The notes: a model not told the origin generated them from the sequence alone. Counted from the first letter of the stretch, positions 39,167-49,510 are shown. The stretch is DNA of 64,000 nucleotides from an uncultured Candidatus Rokubacteria bacterium (GCA_963805625.1 CAWDVE010000011.1:96001-160000); one strand, 5' to 3'. Translations and numbers: made by a program.

Positions 39167-41256
39167 GAAACGGGCGGGCGGCGCCGATCGAGGATTTCCC
39201 GGACCTTTCGGAGGAGCCCGTCCGAGGTGAACGGCTTCGGCAGGAGGGTTGCGTCCGCGCCGAGGTCGGTCTGGGAGTGGAGCTGGTCGGCGGTGTAGCC
39301 GGAGACGTAGAGCAGCCGGATCCCCGGATCCCGGGCCCGGAGCCGGACCGCCAGGTCGGGCCCGCTCATGTGGGGCATGATCACGTCGGTCACAACGAGG
39401 TCGATGGGGCCGGGGTGGGCCTCCGCCATCGCCAGCGCCTCCACGCCGTCGCCGGCGGCCAGGACGGTGTAGCCGCCCTTCGCGAGAACCCGGTGCATGA
39501 GATCGCGCAGGGCGACCTCGTCCTCGACGAAGAGGACCGTCTCCCGGTCGCCCGGGCGGAGCCGCTCGCGCGGCGCCGACCGTCCGGGCGTGGGGCGCGC
39601 CTCGATCCTCGGCAGGTAGACCTCGAACGAGCTGCCGCGACCGGGCTCGCTCGTCACATCGATGTAGCCCCTGTGCTGCTTGACGATCCCGTAGACGGTG
39701 GAGAGCCCGAGCCCCGTACCTCGGCCGGGCTCCTTGGTCGTGAAGAAGGGCTCGAAGAGGTGGGACATGACGTCCGGGCCCATCCCGCACCCCGTGTCGT
39801 GGATCGAGAGCCGGACGTGCGCCCCGGCGACGGAGCCCGGGTGCGCCGCGACGAAAGCCTGGTCGAGTGTCGCCGGGGCGGTCTCGAGGGTCAGACGGCC
39901 GCCCTGCGGCATGGCGTCCCGTGCGTTGACGGTGAGGTTCATGACCACCTGCTCGAGCTGTCCCGGATCCGCCGACACCCGTCCCGCGTCGGCGTCCAGC
40001 CGGAGCTCCAGCTGGACGTCCTCCCCGATGAGCCGGTGGAGCATCGTGGCGAGGTTGCCGACCAGCGTGTTGACGTCGATCACCTGCGGCTGGAGGAACT
40101 GCCGGCGGCTGAAGGCCAGGAGCTGACGCGTCAGGGTGGCCGCGCGCTCGGACGCCCGCCGGATCTGCTCCACGTCATGGGCCAGCGCGTCGCCCTTCTT
40201 GAGGACGCTCCGGATCAGGTCGCTGTGTCCCATGATCACGGCGAGGAGATTGTTGAAGTCGTGGGCGATCCCGCCGGCCAGGCGACCGACGGCCTCCATC
40301 TTCTGCGCCTGCCGGAGCTGGGCCTCGAGGCGCTTCCGCTCGGAGGTGTCCTCGAGGATTGCCAGCGTCCCGATCGTCGAGCCGGCCGAGTCCCGGAGCA
40401 GGGCGAGCGAGAAGCGGCACTCTACCCAGCGTCCGTCCCGTGCCAGGATCTCGGTCTCGTGGTCCCGGATGCGATCCTCCACGCGGAGGCGCCGCATCAG
40501 GGCGCGCGCCGCCTCCCGTCCCCCGCGCTGGAGCTCGGCGACCGGCCGCCCCAGCACCTCGTCGGAACGGTAGCCGAGCAGCTCCTCCGTCCGCGGGCTC
40601 CAGTACGTGATGCGGCCTTGCACGTCGGTCGTCACGATTCCCGCGGGCGAGTGCTCCGCGATGGAGCGGAGGAAGTCCCGGGCGCCCCGCGCCTCCTCGT
40701 ACAGCCGGGCGTTGCGGATCGCCCGCGCGGCCTGGGCAACAAAGCTCTCGAGAAGCTCTCGGTCCTCGGCATCGAGGTCGAAGGGCGCCCGTCCGTTCAG
40801 GGCGAGGACGCCGAGCAGCGCGTCCCGATGGACGATCGGCACGATGTACGCGCTCCGGAGGTCGTGCTCCCGGAACCAGTCCACGGCGAGCATGCGCCCG
40901 TCCGCGAACACGTCCGGGACGACCAGAGTCTCGCGGTGCGCCGCGGCCCACCCGGGCAACCCCTCCTCGAACTTGATGCGACGCCGCGGATACGTGGCGG
41001 CGAACCGCTCGTCGGAGAACGCCCGCGGCTCGAGCGTCCTCGCCGCCTCGTCGGCCACCCAGAGCCCGACGGCCGGCGCCTCCATCAGCTGCGCGGCCGC
41101 GCGGGCGATCTCGCTGAGGACCTGGTCGAGGTCGAGCGACGACGCGATGACGCCCGAAAGCCGGGCGAGCCCCTGGAGGCGGGCGAGCCGCCGGTCGGCG
41201 ACCACCCTCTCGTGGCGCAGCCGCGTGATCTCGACGTCCGGCGTCTCACCACTCAC
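39163..41256 (-). CDS. hybrid sensor histidine kinase (GAF-PAS-HisKA-HATPase-REC)
   Basis: [48 protein letters not shown]. Confidence 0.95.
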   Translation of the reverse strand: MSGETPDVEITRLRHERVVADRRLARLQGLARLSGVIASSLDLDQVLSEIARAAAQLMEAPAVGLWVADEAARTLEPRAFSDERFAATYPRRRIKFEEGLPGWAAAHRETLVVPDVFADGRMLAVDWFREHDLRSAYIVPIVHRDALLGVLALNGRAPFDLDAEDRELLESFVAQAARAIRNARLYEEARGARDFLRSIAEHSPAGIVTTDVQGRITYWSPRTEELLGYRSDEVLGRPVAELQRGGREAARALMRRLRVEDRIRDHETEILARDGRWVECRFSLALLRDSAGSTIGTLAILEDTSERKRLEAQLRQAQKMEAVGRLAGGIAHDFNNLLAVIMGHSDLIRSVLKKGDALAHDVEQIRRASERAATLTRQLLAFSRRQFLQPQVIDVNTLVGNLATMLHRLIGEDVQLELRLDADAGRVSADPGQLEQVVMNLTVNARDAMPQGGRLTLETAPATLDQAFVAAHPGSVAGAHVRLSIHDTGCGMGPDVMSHLFEPFFTTKEPGRGTGLGLSTVYGIVKQHRGYIDVTSEPGRGSSFEVYLPRIEARPTPGRSAPRERLRPGDRETVLFVEDEVALRDLMHRVLAKGGYTVLAAGDGVEALAMAEAHPGPIDLVVTDVIMPHMSGPDLAVRLRARDPGIRLLYVSGYTADQLHSQTDLGADATLLPKPFTSDGLLRKVREILDRRRPPVS

Positions 41257-41307
41257 GGGAGAATCCTGGCGCCTCGTGTGTTGATCAGGCGGCCTGCTCC
41301 GGCGGCC

Positions 41308-41472
41308 TCAGAAGACCCGCGCCGTGCATCCGAAGTGCTGGCACCCGCACGCGTCGGCGCCGTCGCCCGCACGCGCGCATGCCCGGCAGCAGTAGGCCCG
41401 CCCGGCGTCCACGAGGCAGCTGCAAGCCGGGTTCGCGCAACCACCCGCCGTCACCTCCGGCGCCGCGGCCAT
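41308..41472 (-). CDS. bacterial metallothionein (SmtA/BmtA-like), 54 aa
   Basis: CANPACSCLV...AYCCRACA...ACGCQHFGC: 9 Cys plus His in prokaryotic metallothionein spacing. Confidence 0.75.
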   Translation of the reverse strand: MAAAPEVTAGGCANPACSCLVDAGRAYCCRACARAGDGADACGCQHFGCTARVF

Positions 41473-41525
41473 CCCACCGGGGAACTTCGGGACTGGCGGG
41501 GCTGGCGCGGTCACGAGCGGCCTCC

Positions 41526-41541
41526 GGCACCCCGAGTGCCA
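41526..41541 (-). promoter_or_regulatory. candidate sigma54 promoter of the metallothionein (palindromic)
   Basis: TGGCAC-TCGGG-GTGCC keeps GG-N10-GC spacing; arms GGCAC/GTGCC are inverted repeats. Confidence 0.5.
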
Positions 41542-41715
41542 CGTAACGGCGGAGCCGTGACAGGACCGCGTCGCCGGCAAGCAGCGCGCCACGTCAACGG
41601 ACTTTCGCTGACGATCGGCGGGACGACCATAAATAACTGGAAACACGAACCTTCCGTCACCTACGCCGCCTTCCTGTCCATTACCGTCCCCGACCAGTAA
41701 AGTCACCAGCAGGGC

Positions 41716-41731
41716 GGGCATGATCCTTGCT
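41716..41731 (+). promoter_or_regulatory. candidate sigma54 promoter
   Basis: GGGCAT-GATCC-TTGCT, GG-N10-GC spacing, 18 nt before ATG 41750. Confidence 0.55.
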
Positions 41732-41749
41732 CATCCGATCTGCACGGAT

Positions 41750-41971
41750 ATGGCTTCCTCGATTCTCAACACCTCGGTCCTCTCGAGTTGCCGCGTGTGC
41801 GGGTGGGCGACGCTCCCCGGCTCCACGCTCTGCGTGGGATGCTTGGACATCCGTGAGTGGAGCCGCGTCAACCGCGCGTTCTGCGAACTGCTCCACCGTA
41901 CCCAGCCACTCGATCGCGCGTCCGGGCGCGCCGAGATCTACGCGTCCGCCGGCTTCGCCCTGACGGCCTAG
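41750..41971 (+). CDS. small CxxC...CxxC (zinc-finger-like) protein
   Basis: CRVCG-X8-CVGC, then WSRVNRAFCELLHR. Confidence 0.6.
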   Translation: MASSILNTSVLSSCRVCGWATLPGSTLCVGCLDIREWSRVNRAFCELLHRTQPLDRASGRAEIYASAGFALTA

Positions 41972-42083
41972 CACCCCAGCGCCTCCGGATTCCCGCCGCG
42001 GGTCCTCTCGCCGGTTCGCCCCGAGCGCCGGGGCCCTCACCGTCGCCACCCGCGGCGAATCGCGCGAAGCGAGGAAGTGGGCA

Positions 42084-43268
42084 CTAGACGACGCCGCTCG
42101 TGCGGAGCTCCGCGACCGCATCGGAAGAATAGCCGAGCACCTTCGTCAGGACCTCGTCCGTGTGCTCGCCGAGGAGCGGCGCGGGCGTCGCGGCCTCGGC
42201 GGGCGTCCCGTGGAGCCGGATCGGCGGCCCGACCATCCGCATGCGCCCCGCGGTCGGATGGTTCACGGTCACGATCGCGCCGCGCGCCCGGAGATGCTCC
42301 GACTCCAGCGCCTCGCCCACCGACTTGATCTTCCCCGCCGGCACGCCCGCGCGCTCCAGCCGCGCGAGCCACTCGGCAGCCGGGGCCGTCCGGAAGATCG
42401 CGGCAAGCAGCGGGACCAGCACGTCGCGATGCTCGACGCGCTTCGTCTCCGTGTCGAAGCGCGCGTCCGTCGCGAGCTCCGTGTGGCCGATCCCCTGGCA
42501 GAAGCGCGTCCAGAGCGAGTTGTTCGCGACGCCGACCGTGAGGTAACCGTCCGCCGCCTCGAAGACCTCGTAGGGCACGATGGACGGGTGCTGGTTCCCT
42601 CGGCGCCGGGGGCTCACGCCCGTCGTGAGGTACCCCTGCCCCTGGTAGGTGAGGAGCGCTGCCATCACCTCGAGCATCGCGATCTCGACCTTCTGACCGG
42701 CGCCCGTCCGTTCCCGGGCGAGGAGCGCCAGCACCACCCCGTGCGCGGCCATAGTGCCCGAGGCGAGATCGGCGATCGAGTTGCCCACCTTCACCGGCGG
42801 CCCGTCGGGGAAGCCGGTGAGGTCCATGACGCCCGACTCCCCCTGGACGATCAGGTCGTAGCCCGGCCGGCTCGCCTCCGGCCCCGACTCGCCGAAGCCC
42901 GAGATGGAGCAGTAGACGAGCCGGGAATTCAGCGCGTGGACGGCCTCCCAGCCGAAGCCGAGCCGCGCGAGCGTGCCGGGCCGGAAGTTCTCGACCAGCA
43001 CGTCCGCGCCCGCGAGGAGCTTCCCGAGGACCGTCTTCCCCGCCCCCGCCTTGAGGTCGAGCGTGACGCTCTTCTTCCCGCGGTTGACGCTCATGAAGTA
43101 GGTCGACTCGCCGCCGGCGAAGGCGGGCCAGGCGCGCGTGTCGTCCCCCTTGCCCGGCTCCTCGACCTTGATCACCTCGGCCCCCATGTCGGCGAGGAGC
43201 ATCGTGGCGTAGGGCCCCGCGAGCACACGGGACAGGTCGATGACGCGCACCCCGTCGAGCGGCCTCAT
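42084..43268 (-). CDS. CoA transferase family III (CaiB/BaiF)
   Basis: DLSRVLAGP, GAEVIKVE, NRGKKS, ENFRPG, GYD, APLLGEHT. Confidence 0.95.
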   Translation of the reverse strand: MRPLDGVRVIDLSRVLAGPYATMLLADMGAEVIKVEEPGKGDDTRAWPAFAGGESTYFMSVNRGKKSVTLDLKAGAGKTVLGKLLAGADVLVENFRPGTLARLGFGWEAVHALNSRLVYCSISGFGESGPEASRPGYDLIVQGESGVMDLTGFPDGPPVKVGNSIADLASGTMAAHGVVLALLARERTGAGQKVEIAMLEVMAALLTYQGQGYLTTGVSPRRRGNQHPSIVPYEVFEAADGYLTVGVANNSLWTRFCQGIGHTELATDARFDTETKRVEHRDVLVPLLAAIFRTAPAAEWLARLERAGVPAGKIKSVGEALESEHLRARGAIVTVNHPTAGRMRMVGPPIRLHGTPAEAATPAPLLGEHTDEVLTKVLGYSSDAVAELRTSGVV

Positions 43269-43819
43269 GGGGTCCTCCGCAGGAGCCGCTTGGCGGCGCT
43301 CTTGGCGAACGCAGAGACCCGGCCGGTTGCGGTCCCCGCGCGCTGGCGCCAGAACAGCGCCGCGCGCTCGCTCAGGCTCAACATCGAGAAGTAGTAGATA
43401 TCGTCCACGGCCTCGATCGCCACGCGCGCGCCGAGGCGGAGCCCCTTGGTGTCCGTGCCGTGGCAGAAGAACTTCGCGCCGCCAGGCAGCTCGACGAGGG
43501 CCAGGTGGAGCGGCGAAGCGAACCCCGTCGGTGGCGAGTAGAGCGTGGTGAAGGAGACGACCTCCCCGTGGGCCGCCACCGTCATGGGCGCCATGGGTGT
43601 CCCGTCGTCGGGGCAGTAGCGCGCCGGCGGCGCGCACGCCCGCGCGCAGCGGGGGCAGCGGGACGCCGGGATGACCCCCTCTGACACGGGCCAGGCTGAA
43701 CGCTCGGGCGTCGCGGCGCTCACCGGGCCGCCCTCACCCCCCGCCGGTGCCGGTCGGGCGATCGGGATCGGACGGCTGACGGCGCCGCCGTCCATCTCCG
43801 GCGGCCTGTGCGCGGTCAC
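43265..43819 (-). CDS. DUF35 (Zn-ribbon plus OB-fold) protein
   Basis: RCPRC...PPARYCPDD, GEVVSFT, LALVEL. Confidence 0.85.
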   Translation of the reverse strand: MTAHRPPEMDGGAVSRPIPIARPAPAGGEGGPVSAATPERSAWPVSEGVIPASRCPRCARACAPPARYCPDDGTPMAPMTVAAHGEVVSFTTLYSPPTGFASPLHLALVELPGGAKFFCHGTDTKGLRLGARVAIEAVDDIYYFSMLSLSERAALFWRQRAGTATGRVSAFAKSAAKRLLRRTP

Positions 43820-44940
43820 GCAGCCTCCAGGAGAGTCACCCAGTTGGACGTGGCGAGACCGCCGATGGACTGCGCGAGCCCGACGCGCGCCGACACCTGC
43901 CGGCCGGTCGCCTGCCCGGTGAGCTGCCAGCAGAGCTCGACGACCTGGGCGAGGCCCGTCGCGCCGAGGGGATGGCCGCGCGCCTTGAGACCACCCGAGG
44001 GATTCACCGGCAGCCGCCCGTCGAGCGCCGTCTCGCCGTGGGCGACCATGCGGGCCGCCTTCCCCGCGGACGCGAGCCCCGTGTCCTCCATCGAGATCAG
44101 CTCGAAGGGCGTGAAGGCGTCGTGGAGCTCTGCCACTCCGACCCGCTCCGGCCCGAAGCCGGCCATGCGGAACGCCGTGCGGGCCGCGTCACGCGTCGCC
44201 CGGAACCCGGTGAAGTCGTCCCGATAGCGGAGGGCGAGGTAGTCCGACCCCTGGCCGATGCCGGCGATGCGGACGGGCGCGCGCTCGGCGCGGACGACGA
44301 CGGCGGCCGCGCCGTCCGAGATCGGGCAGCAGTGGTAGAGGCGAAGCGGATCCGCCACGAGCCGGCTCTCCAGGACCGTCTCGATGGTCACCGGCTCCTG
44401 GAAGTGCGCGAGAGGGTTCTTGGCGCCGTTCGCGTGGTTCTTGACGGCGACCAGCGAGAGATCGCGCAGCGTGGCGCCGGTCCGCGTCATCCACGCCCGC
44501 GTGACGATCCCCGCCAGCGCCGGCATGGTCGCCCCGTACGAGCGCTCATAGGGGTCGATCGACCGGCCGATCAGCTCCGAGACGCGGGGCGTCGGGAGGT
44601 GGGTCATCTTCTCGCCGCCGACGACGAGGACGCTGCGATGGAGACCGGCCGCCACCTCGGCGTACGCCGCGAACAGGGCGGCGGCGCCCGACGAGCTCGC
44701 GGTCTCGGCGCGGAGGCTCGGCACCCGCGCGAGCCCGAGATAGGTTGCCACGTGGGACGCGAAGTTGCCCTCGCCGACGAACTCCTCGGGATTCATCGCC
44801 GAGACCACGAGGGCGTCGGGCCGCTCCAGGCCGGCGGCCGCGAGGGCGCCCCGGCCGGCCTCCGCCATGAGGTCGGGCAGCGAGTCCTCCCGCCGCCCGA
44901 CCCGGGTCATGGCCGCCCCCGCGATGTAGACCTCGCCCAC
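43816..44940 (-). CDS. SCP-x-type thiolase-family protein lacking the nucleophilic Cys
   Basis: ETASSSG, GGEKM, KNH, CCPISDGAAA, ELHDAF, NPSGGLKARGHP. Confidence 0.9.
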   Translation of the reverse strand: MGEVYIAGAAMTRVGRREDSLPDLMAEAGRGALAAAGLERPDALVVSAMNPEEFVGEGNFASHVATYLGLARVPSLRAETASSSGAAALFAAYAEVAAGLHRSVLVVGGEKMTHLPTPRVSELIGRSIDPYERSYGATMPALAGIVTRAWMTRTGATLRDLSLVAVKNHANGAKNPLAHFQEPVTIETVLESRLVADPLRLYHCCPISDGAAAVVVRAERAPVRIAGIGQGSDYLALRYRDDFTGFRATRDAARTAFRMAGFGPERVGVAELHDAFTPFELISMEDTGLASAGKAARMVAHGETALDGRLPVNPSGGLKARGHPLGATGLAQVVELCWQLTGQATGRQVSARVGLAQSIGGLATSNWVTLLEAA

Positions 44941-45230
44941 GCTGGCCTCCCGAACGGCCGAATGGCTCCGGCGGAATGGCTCCGCCAGAAGCAAGCGTAC
45001 CATCGAGGCGGTCACGCCCGGGCGAGGCTCGATGATGGCCGGGGATGGGCTCGGCCGGAGCCTGGACCCCGGAGATCGCCACGACCCCTGAGGACTCTGG
45101 GCGGCCGGCTGGGCCTTGACGCCGCCTCGGCGGAGCCATAGCGTGGTCCTGGACGGACCGGACCAACCCAGATCACCGGAGCGCCCCGCGACGGATGACC
45201 GGCGCGGGGACGTCGACCGTGGGAGGCACC

Positions 45231-46157
45231 ATGGCGGACGGGGTAGCGTTCATCGACGGCGAGTACACACCGGCTCATGAGGCGCGGATTCCCCTCTTCG
45301 ACCTCGGGTTCACGCGCGGCGACGCCGTGTACGACACCGTCTCGGTCTGGAAGGGACGCTTTTTCCGGCTCGACGATCACATCGCCCGTTTCCTGCGCTC
45401 GTGCGCGGGCGCGCGGCTCACCTGCCCCCACCCGCCCGAGGAGCTGAAGCGCATCTTGGCGGAGTGCGTCCACCGCGCCGGCCTGGAGGACTCCTATGTC
45501 CAGATGATCGTGACGCGGGGCGAGTTCGTCTCGATGACCAAGCGCGACCCGCGGCTCTGCCGGAACCGCTTCGTCGCCTTCGCGCTGCCGTACATCTGGA
45601 TCGTGCCGCCCGAGCGGCAGGAGGTCGGCATCGACCTCGCGATGGTCGACAATCGCCGGACGCCGACGGAGGCGATCGACCCCCGCGTGAAGAACTTCAA
45701 CTGGATGGACCTCCAGCGGGGCCTCTTCGAGGCGCTCGACCGCGGGGCTGACACCGCCGTTCTCTGCACGCCCGCCGGGCACCTGGCCGAGGGCCCGGGC
45801 TTCAACCTGTTCGTGGTGAAGGACGGGACGGTGTGGACGCCGCGCGGCAACATCCTCGAGGGGATCACGCGCCAGACGGTCCTCGACCTCGCGGTCGAGC
45901 TCGGGGTCCCCGCCCGCCAGGCGGATCTGACGCCGAACGCGCTCCGGACGGCGGACGAGGCGTTCCTCTCGTCCACGGCCGGCGGCATCATGCCGGTCTC
46001 GCGGGTGGACGGGAAGCCGCTGGGCGCCGGGCGGCCGGGTCCCCTCACCACGCGCTTCCGGACGCTCTACTGGGAGAAGCGCGAGGCCGGCTGGCGGGGG
46101 ACCCCCGTCGCCGATCTGGTTAGCGTAGCTAGCCCGGCCGGAACCCGCGCCCGCTAG
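45231..46157 (+). CDS. class IV aminotransferase, (R)-selective amine transaminase-like
   Basis: RGDAVYDT, YVQMIVTRG, IDPRVKNFNWMDL, EGPGFN, LEGITR, STAGG. Confidence 0.85.
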   Translation: MADGVAFIDGEYTPAHEARIPLFDLGFTRGDAVYDTVSVWKGRFFRLDDHIARFLRSCAGARLTCPHPPEELKRILAECVHRAGLEDSYVQMIVTRGEFVSMTKRDPRLCRNRFVAFALPYIWIVPPERQEVGIDLAMVDNRRTPTEAIDPRVKNFNWMDLQRGLFEALDRGADTAVLCTPAGHLAEGPGFNLFVVKDGTVWTPRGNILEGITRQTVLDLAVELGVPARQADLTPNALRTADEAFLSSTAGGIMPVSRVDGKPLGAGRPGPLTTRFRTLYWEKREAGWRGTPVADLVSVASPAGTRAR

Positions 46158-46501
46158 CCCTCGTCCGACTTGTCCTCCTCGCGGAGGCGCTTTCGGAACT
46201 CCCGTGCTGCCTCCTCGGTGACCTCCTCACGCGGACGCTGGCGCCGGTCCTCGATGATGTCGACCCCGCTCTGGCCCATCACGGCCCGGAGCTGGTCGAG
46301 TAGCTCCGGATGGCCCCGGGCCACGATGAACAGCGACTGAGAGTCGTCGTCGCCGATGCGGTGCACGGTTGGGCGCTGGGGAACCCCGCCTTCGCCAGCC
46401 GGCTCGGGCCCCGACTCCCCCAAGGCGTCCACCGCCTCGCCACAGACCCCGCAGGTGACCCGCAGCCACGGATGGGTGCAGCCTCGGCCCGGCTCAGACA
46501 C
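46154..46501 (-). CDS. hypothetical protein (N-terminal Cys/His motif, LFIVAR...DRR domain)
   Basis: GGAGG upstream; CTHPW...CGVC; promoter located upstream. Confidence 0.6.
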   Translation of the reverse strand: MSEPGRGCTHPWLRVTCGVCGEAVDALGESGPEPAGEGGVPQRPTVHRIGDDDSQSLFIVARGHPELLDQLRAVMGQSGVDIIEDRRQRPREEVTEEAAREFRKRLREEDKSDEG

Positions 46502-46626
46502 TCCCGGCCTCCCTCGCGCGGCGCCGGCGCGGCGCCCTCACCTTCATCCACCTCGCCTCTCCGGTCGACAGGCCGCTGGGCGCCCTCGCGCGGCCCTCGT
46601 CGCGGGAGTCTCCCACGGCTGCCGCG

Positions 46627-46656
46627 AGTGTAGGGACCCGCCCCTGACAGTGTCAA
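46627..46656 (-). promoter_or_regulatory. sigma70-type promoter overlapped by a TGACA-G-TGTCA palindrome
   Basis: TTGACA-N18-TACACT. Confidence 0.55.
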
Positions 46657-46719
46657 GATTTGACGGGAATCACTCCGCGACCGCGCTTCCGGGACAGCCG
46701 CGGCCTGATCCCGGTCGCT

Positions 46720-47184
46720 TCAGGGCACGGCGATCCCGCGCCGGGTCAGCTCCGCCTCGAGATGGAGGGGCCGCGTGCCGACGGGCTTCCCCCCGGGCAC
46801 CGTCCAGAACACCTCGAACTCAAGCCCGTCCGGGTCCTTCGCGTAGAGCGACAGGCTGACGCCGTGATCCGACGATCCCACCAGCGCCCCGGCCTCGGTC
46901 AGGCGACGCCGGGCGCGCACCAGGTCGGTGAGCTCGCCCACCTCCCACGCGGAGTGATACATGCGCGCGACGCCCTCGTCGGGCGGCGGGGCCCCGCGCT
47001 GCTCGAACAGCCCGAGGTGGTGGTCGTCGGGACTGCCGGGGATCTTCAGGAACGCCGCGTTCGGGTACCGTACCTTCACCTCGAAGCCCAGGACGTCGCG
47101 ATAGAAGCGCACGCTGCGCTCGACATCCGATATCCAGAGGACCAGGTGCTGGAGTCGCCTGAGGCCGATTCCGTCGGTCGTCAT
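46720..47184 (-). CDS. VOC (glyoxalase) family protein
   Basis: HLVL...RSVRFYRDVLG, YHSAW, SLYAKDPDGLEFE. Confidence 0.9.
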   Translation of the reverse strand: MTTDGIGLRRLQHLVLWISDVERSVRFYRDVLGFEVKVRYPNAAFLKIPGSPDDHHLGLFEQRGAPPPDEGVARMYHSAWEVGELTDLVRARRRLTEAGALVGSSDHGVSLSLYAKDPDGLEFEVFWTVPGGKPVGTRPLHLEAELTRRGIAVP

Positions 47185-47254
47185 TGGAAAACTCCCACAG
47201 GGTGCCGGCGAGCCCGTCCCGGGCGTTCCCGATACCCTGGCCAGAGGTGTCGAT

Positions 47255-47653
47255 CTACGGCTTGATGAGCTGCTCCCGGCCGTCCTTGCTCGTCAGTTTC
47301 AAGGAGGCCCTCGCGTCCTCGGCCTTTAAGATGACATGGATCGCATCTGACTCGGCCAGAAGGCTGAGCCCCGCGCCCTGCTCGGAGCCGGCGAGCTTCA
47401 CGGACGGCCGGCCGTTCGGGTCGATGAGGCGAAGGATCACGGTCTCCGGATAGGGTTGACCGTTGGCCGTGCCGCCAGGCTGGATCTTGAGGCTGGCCCG
47501 CACCCTCCCCAGGTCGTCCACGATCTCGAGCGCGCGTCCGCGGAGCACCGAATCGGCGCCGTGTGCGTCGGGCGCCCCAGCGCGTACCAGCAGGAACAGC
47601 AGGAGTCCGAGATTGACGAACGTGAGGGCGGCGAGAAGTCTCCGAGTCGTCAT
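47255..47653 (-). CDS. secreted or membrane hypothetical protein
   Basis: GGAGGAGG RBS; hydrophobic N-terminus; VLRGRALEIVDD.GRVRA and LRLIDPNGRP repeats. Confidence 0.75.
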   Translation of the reverse strand: MTTRRLLAALTFVNLGLLLFLLVRAGAPDAHGADSVLRGRALEIVDDLGRVRASLKIQPGGTANGQPYPETVILRLIDPNGRPSVKLAGSEQGAGLSLLAESDAIHVILKAEDARASLKLTSKDGREQLIKP

Positions 47654-47727
47654 GGCCCGTCCTCCTCCTGCGACGCGTCGTGGACGCCGCGCCCGCCAGC
47701 TTCGGCGTTCAAACACCATCGCATGGG

Positions 47728-48870
47728 CTAGGCGCCCGCCCGCAAGTGGACGGCCGCGCGATCGAGCTGGGCCAGGGTGGGACGCCCGATGAGGGCGAGA
47801 GCGCGGTCGATCTCCTTCTCGAGGATCTCGATCGCCATCTCCACGCCGCGCTCGCCGAGTGCGGCGACCCCGTAGTTGAACGCCTTGCCGATCATGCAGG
47901 CGCGGGCGCCCAGCGCGATCGCCTTGACCACGTCCGAGCCGCGGCGGATGCCGCCGTCGAGGATCACCTCGGCCCGCCCGTCCACGGCGTCGACGATCTC
48001 CGGCAGCACCTCGATCGGCGACGGCGCGTGGTCGAGCTGGCGGCCTCCGTGGTTCGACACGATGATCGCCTCGATGCCGCGCTCGGCCGCCTGGCGCGCG
48101 TCCTCCCCGGACATGATTCCCTTGAGCACGATCGGCCCCGGCCAGATGGACCGGTACCAGTCGACATCGGCCCAGCCGATGGACGCGCTGAACTGCTTCG
48201 TGGTGAAGGCGGCCAGCGAGACGGCGTCGTGCTCCACACCAGGCATCCCCACGAAGTTGCCGAAGGTCGGCCGAGGGTGAGTCAGGAAGTCCCGCAGCCA
48301 GGAGAAGCGGCGCAGCGTGTCGAGCACGTTCTTCACCGTGATCCGCGGCGGGAGCACGAGCCCGCTGCGGATATCGCGCTCGCGCTGTCCCAGGACCGGG
48401 GTGTCGAGGGTCACCACGAGGGCGCGGTATCCGGCCGCCTTCGCGCGCTCGATCAGCATCTGCACGATCCCGCGATCCCGCCACACGTAGAGCTGGTACC
48501 AGATGGGCCCGGTCGCAGCCTGGGCGATCTCCTCCATCGGGCAGATCGACATGGTGCTGGCCGTGTAGATGATGCCCTTCCGGCCGGCCGCGCGGGCAGC
48601 CAGGGCCTCGCCACGGGGCCAGAACATCCCGGTAAAGCCCGTGGGCGCGAGGATGAGCGGCGACGAGACCGGAATGCCGAGGACCGTCGCGGACTGGTCC
48701 CGGTAGCTCACGTCCACCAGCGCCCGAGGCCGGAACCGGTAGCGCTCGAAGTCCGTCTGGTTGGCGCCGATGGTGACTTCGTCCTCGGCGCCGCCGTCGA
48801 TGTAGTCGAAGAGCGCCCGCGGCAACCGCCGCCGGGCGGCCTTCCGGAGGTCGTCGATCGTGACGATCAT
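47728..48870 (-). CDS. FMN-dependent alpha-hydroxy acid oxidase/dehydrogenase
   Basis: FDYIDGGA, APTG, VLKGI, SNHGGRQLD, DGGIRRGSD. Confidence 0.95.
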   Translation of the reverse strand: MIVTIDDLRKAARRRLPRALFDYIDGGAEDEVTIGANQTDFERYRFRPRALVDVSYRDQSATVLGIPVSSPLILAPTGFTGMFWPRGEALAARAAGRKGIIYTASTMSICPMEEIAQAATGPIWYQLYVWRDRGIVQMLIERAKAAGYRALVVTLDTPVLGQRERDIRSGLVLPPRITVKNVLDTLRRFSWLRDFLTHPRPTFGNFVGMPGVEHDAVSLAAFTTKQFSASIGWADVDWYRSIWPGPIVLKGIMSGEDARQAAERGIEAIIVSNHGGRQLDHAPSPIEVLPEIVDAVDGRAEVILDGGIRRGSDVVKAIALGARACMIGKAFNYGVAALGERGVEMAIEILEKEIDRALALIGRPTLAQLDRAAVHLRAGA

Positions 48871-48938
48871 GCGGTGAGCTTACTCCCTCGGAGGGCCCGG
48901 CCGCAGGGCACGGACCAACCCCCCGCCGGTGGAGAAGA

Positions 48939-49510
48939 TCAGCTGAGCGCCTCGAGAGCCGCCCTCGCCTGCGTCGTCCAGAAGCCCATGTCCATTTCGC
49001 CGTACATCGTCGCAGCGGTGGCGAGGTGTTCCCCCGTCCGAAGCACCGCGATCGCGCGCTCGACATGTGATCGCGCCTTCGGATAGTCACCTTGGGCCAG
49101 GTGGAGCGCGCCCGCTGTCCGGTGGACCAGGCCGACGGCGTACGCCTACTGAGTCGACTGAGGTCGATCACCGGCAGATAGCTCGTCGCCTTGCCGTACG
49201 AGACCGAGGCGGCCTCGAGGACCAGCCGGTCTTGCAGGCGGTGCGAGTGGGTGAACTCGTAGACGAGGCGTGACTTGCCTATCCTCGCCTCGCCGACGAT
49301 CGCCAACACCTGCCCGTGACCGTCGCCGGCGAGCAGCTGGGCATGGTGGAGCTGCTCCAGCTCGGCGTCGCGGCCAACGAACCGCGTCAGCCCGCGCCGC
49401 GCGGCCGCCTGGAACCGGGTCCGCGCGGGGCCCGCACCCGTCACCTCGAAGACCTCCACCACGTCGGCGAGCCCCTTTCACCAGCACTGGGCCGAGCGGC
49501 TTCACGGTGA
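48939..49510 (-). pseudogene. collapsed remnant of an adenylate cyclase-AAA-TPR protein
   Basis: VKG..VEVFEVTG, RGLTRFVGRDAEL, GEARIGKSRL fused through deletions to the tail HLATAATMYGEMDMGFW. Confidence 0.8.

Noticed and set aside
37511-39790. 759-aa extended cimA
   Set aside because: The extension overlaps the upstream kinase; promoter and RBS point to ATG 39094.
46510-46620. Possible glycine riboswitch (GGGAGA...GGCGCC) in the leader of the small gene
   Set aside because: Lacks the CCGAAG and CUCUCAGG core elements.
47255-49462. 735-aa ORF joining an AAA fragment to a secreted protein
   Set aside because: Chance open frame across a pseudogene and the alpha-hydroxy acid oxidase gene.
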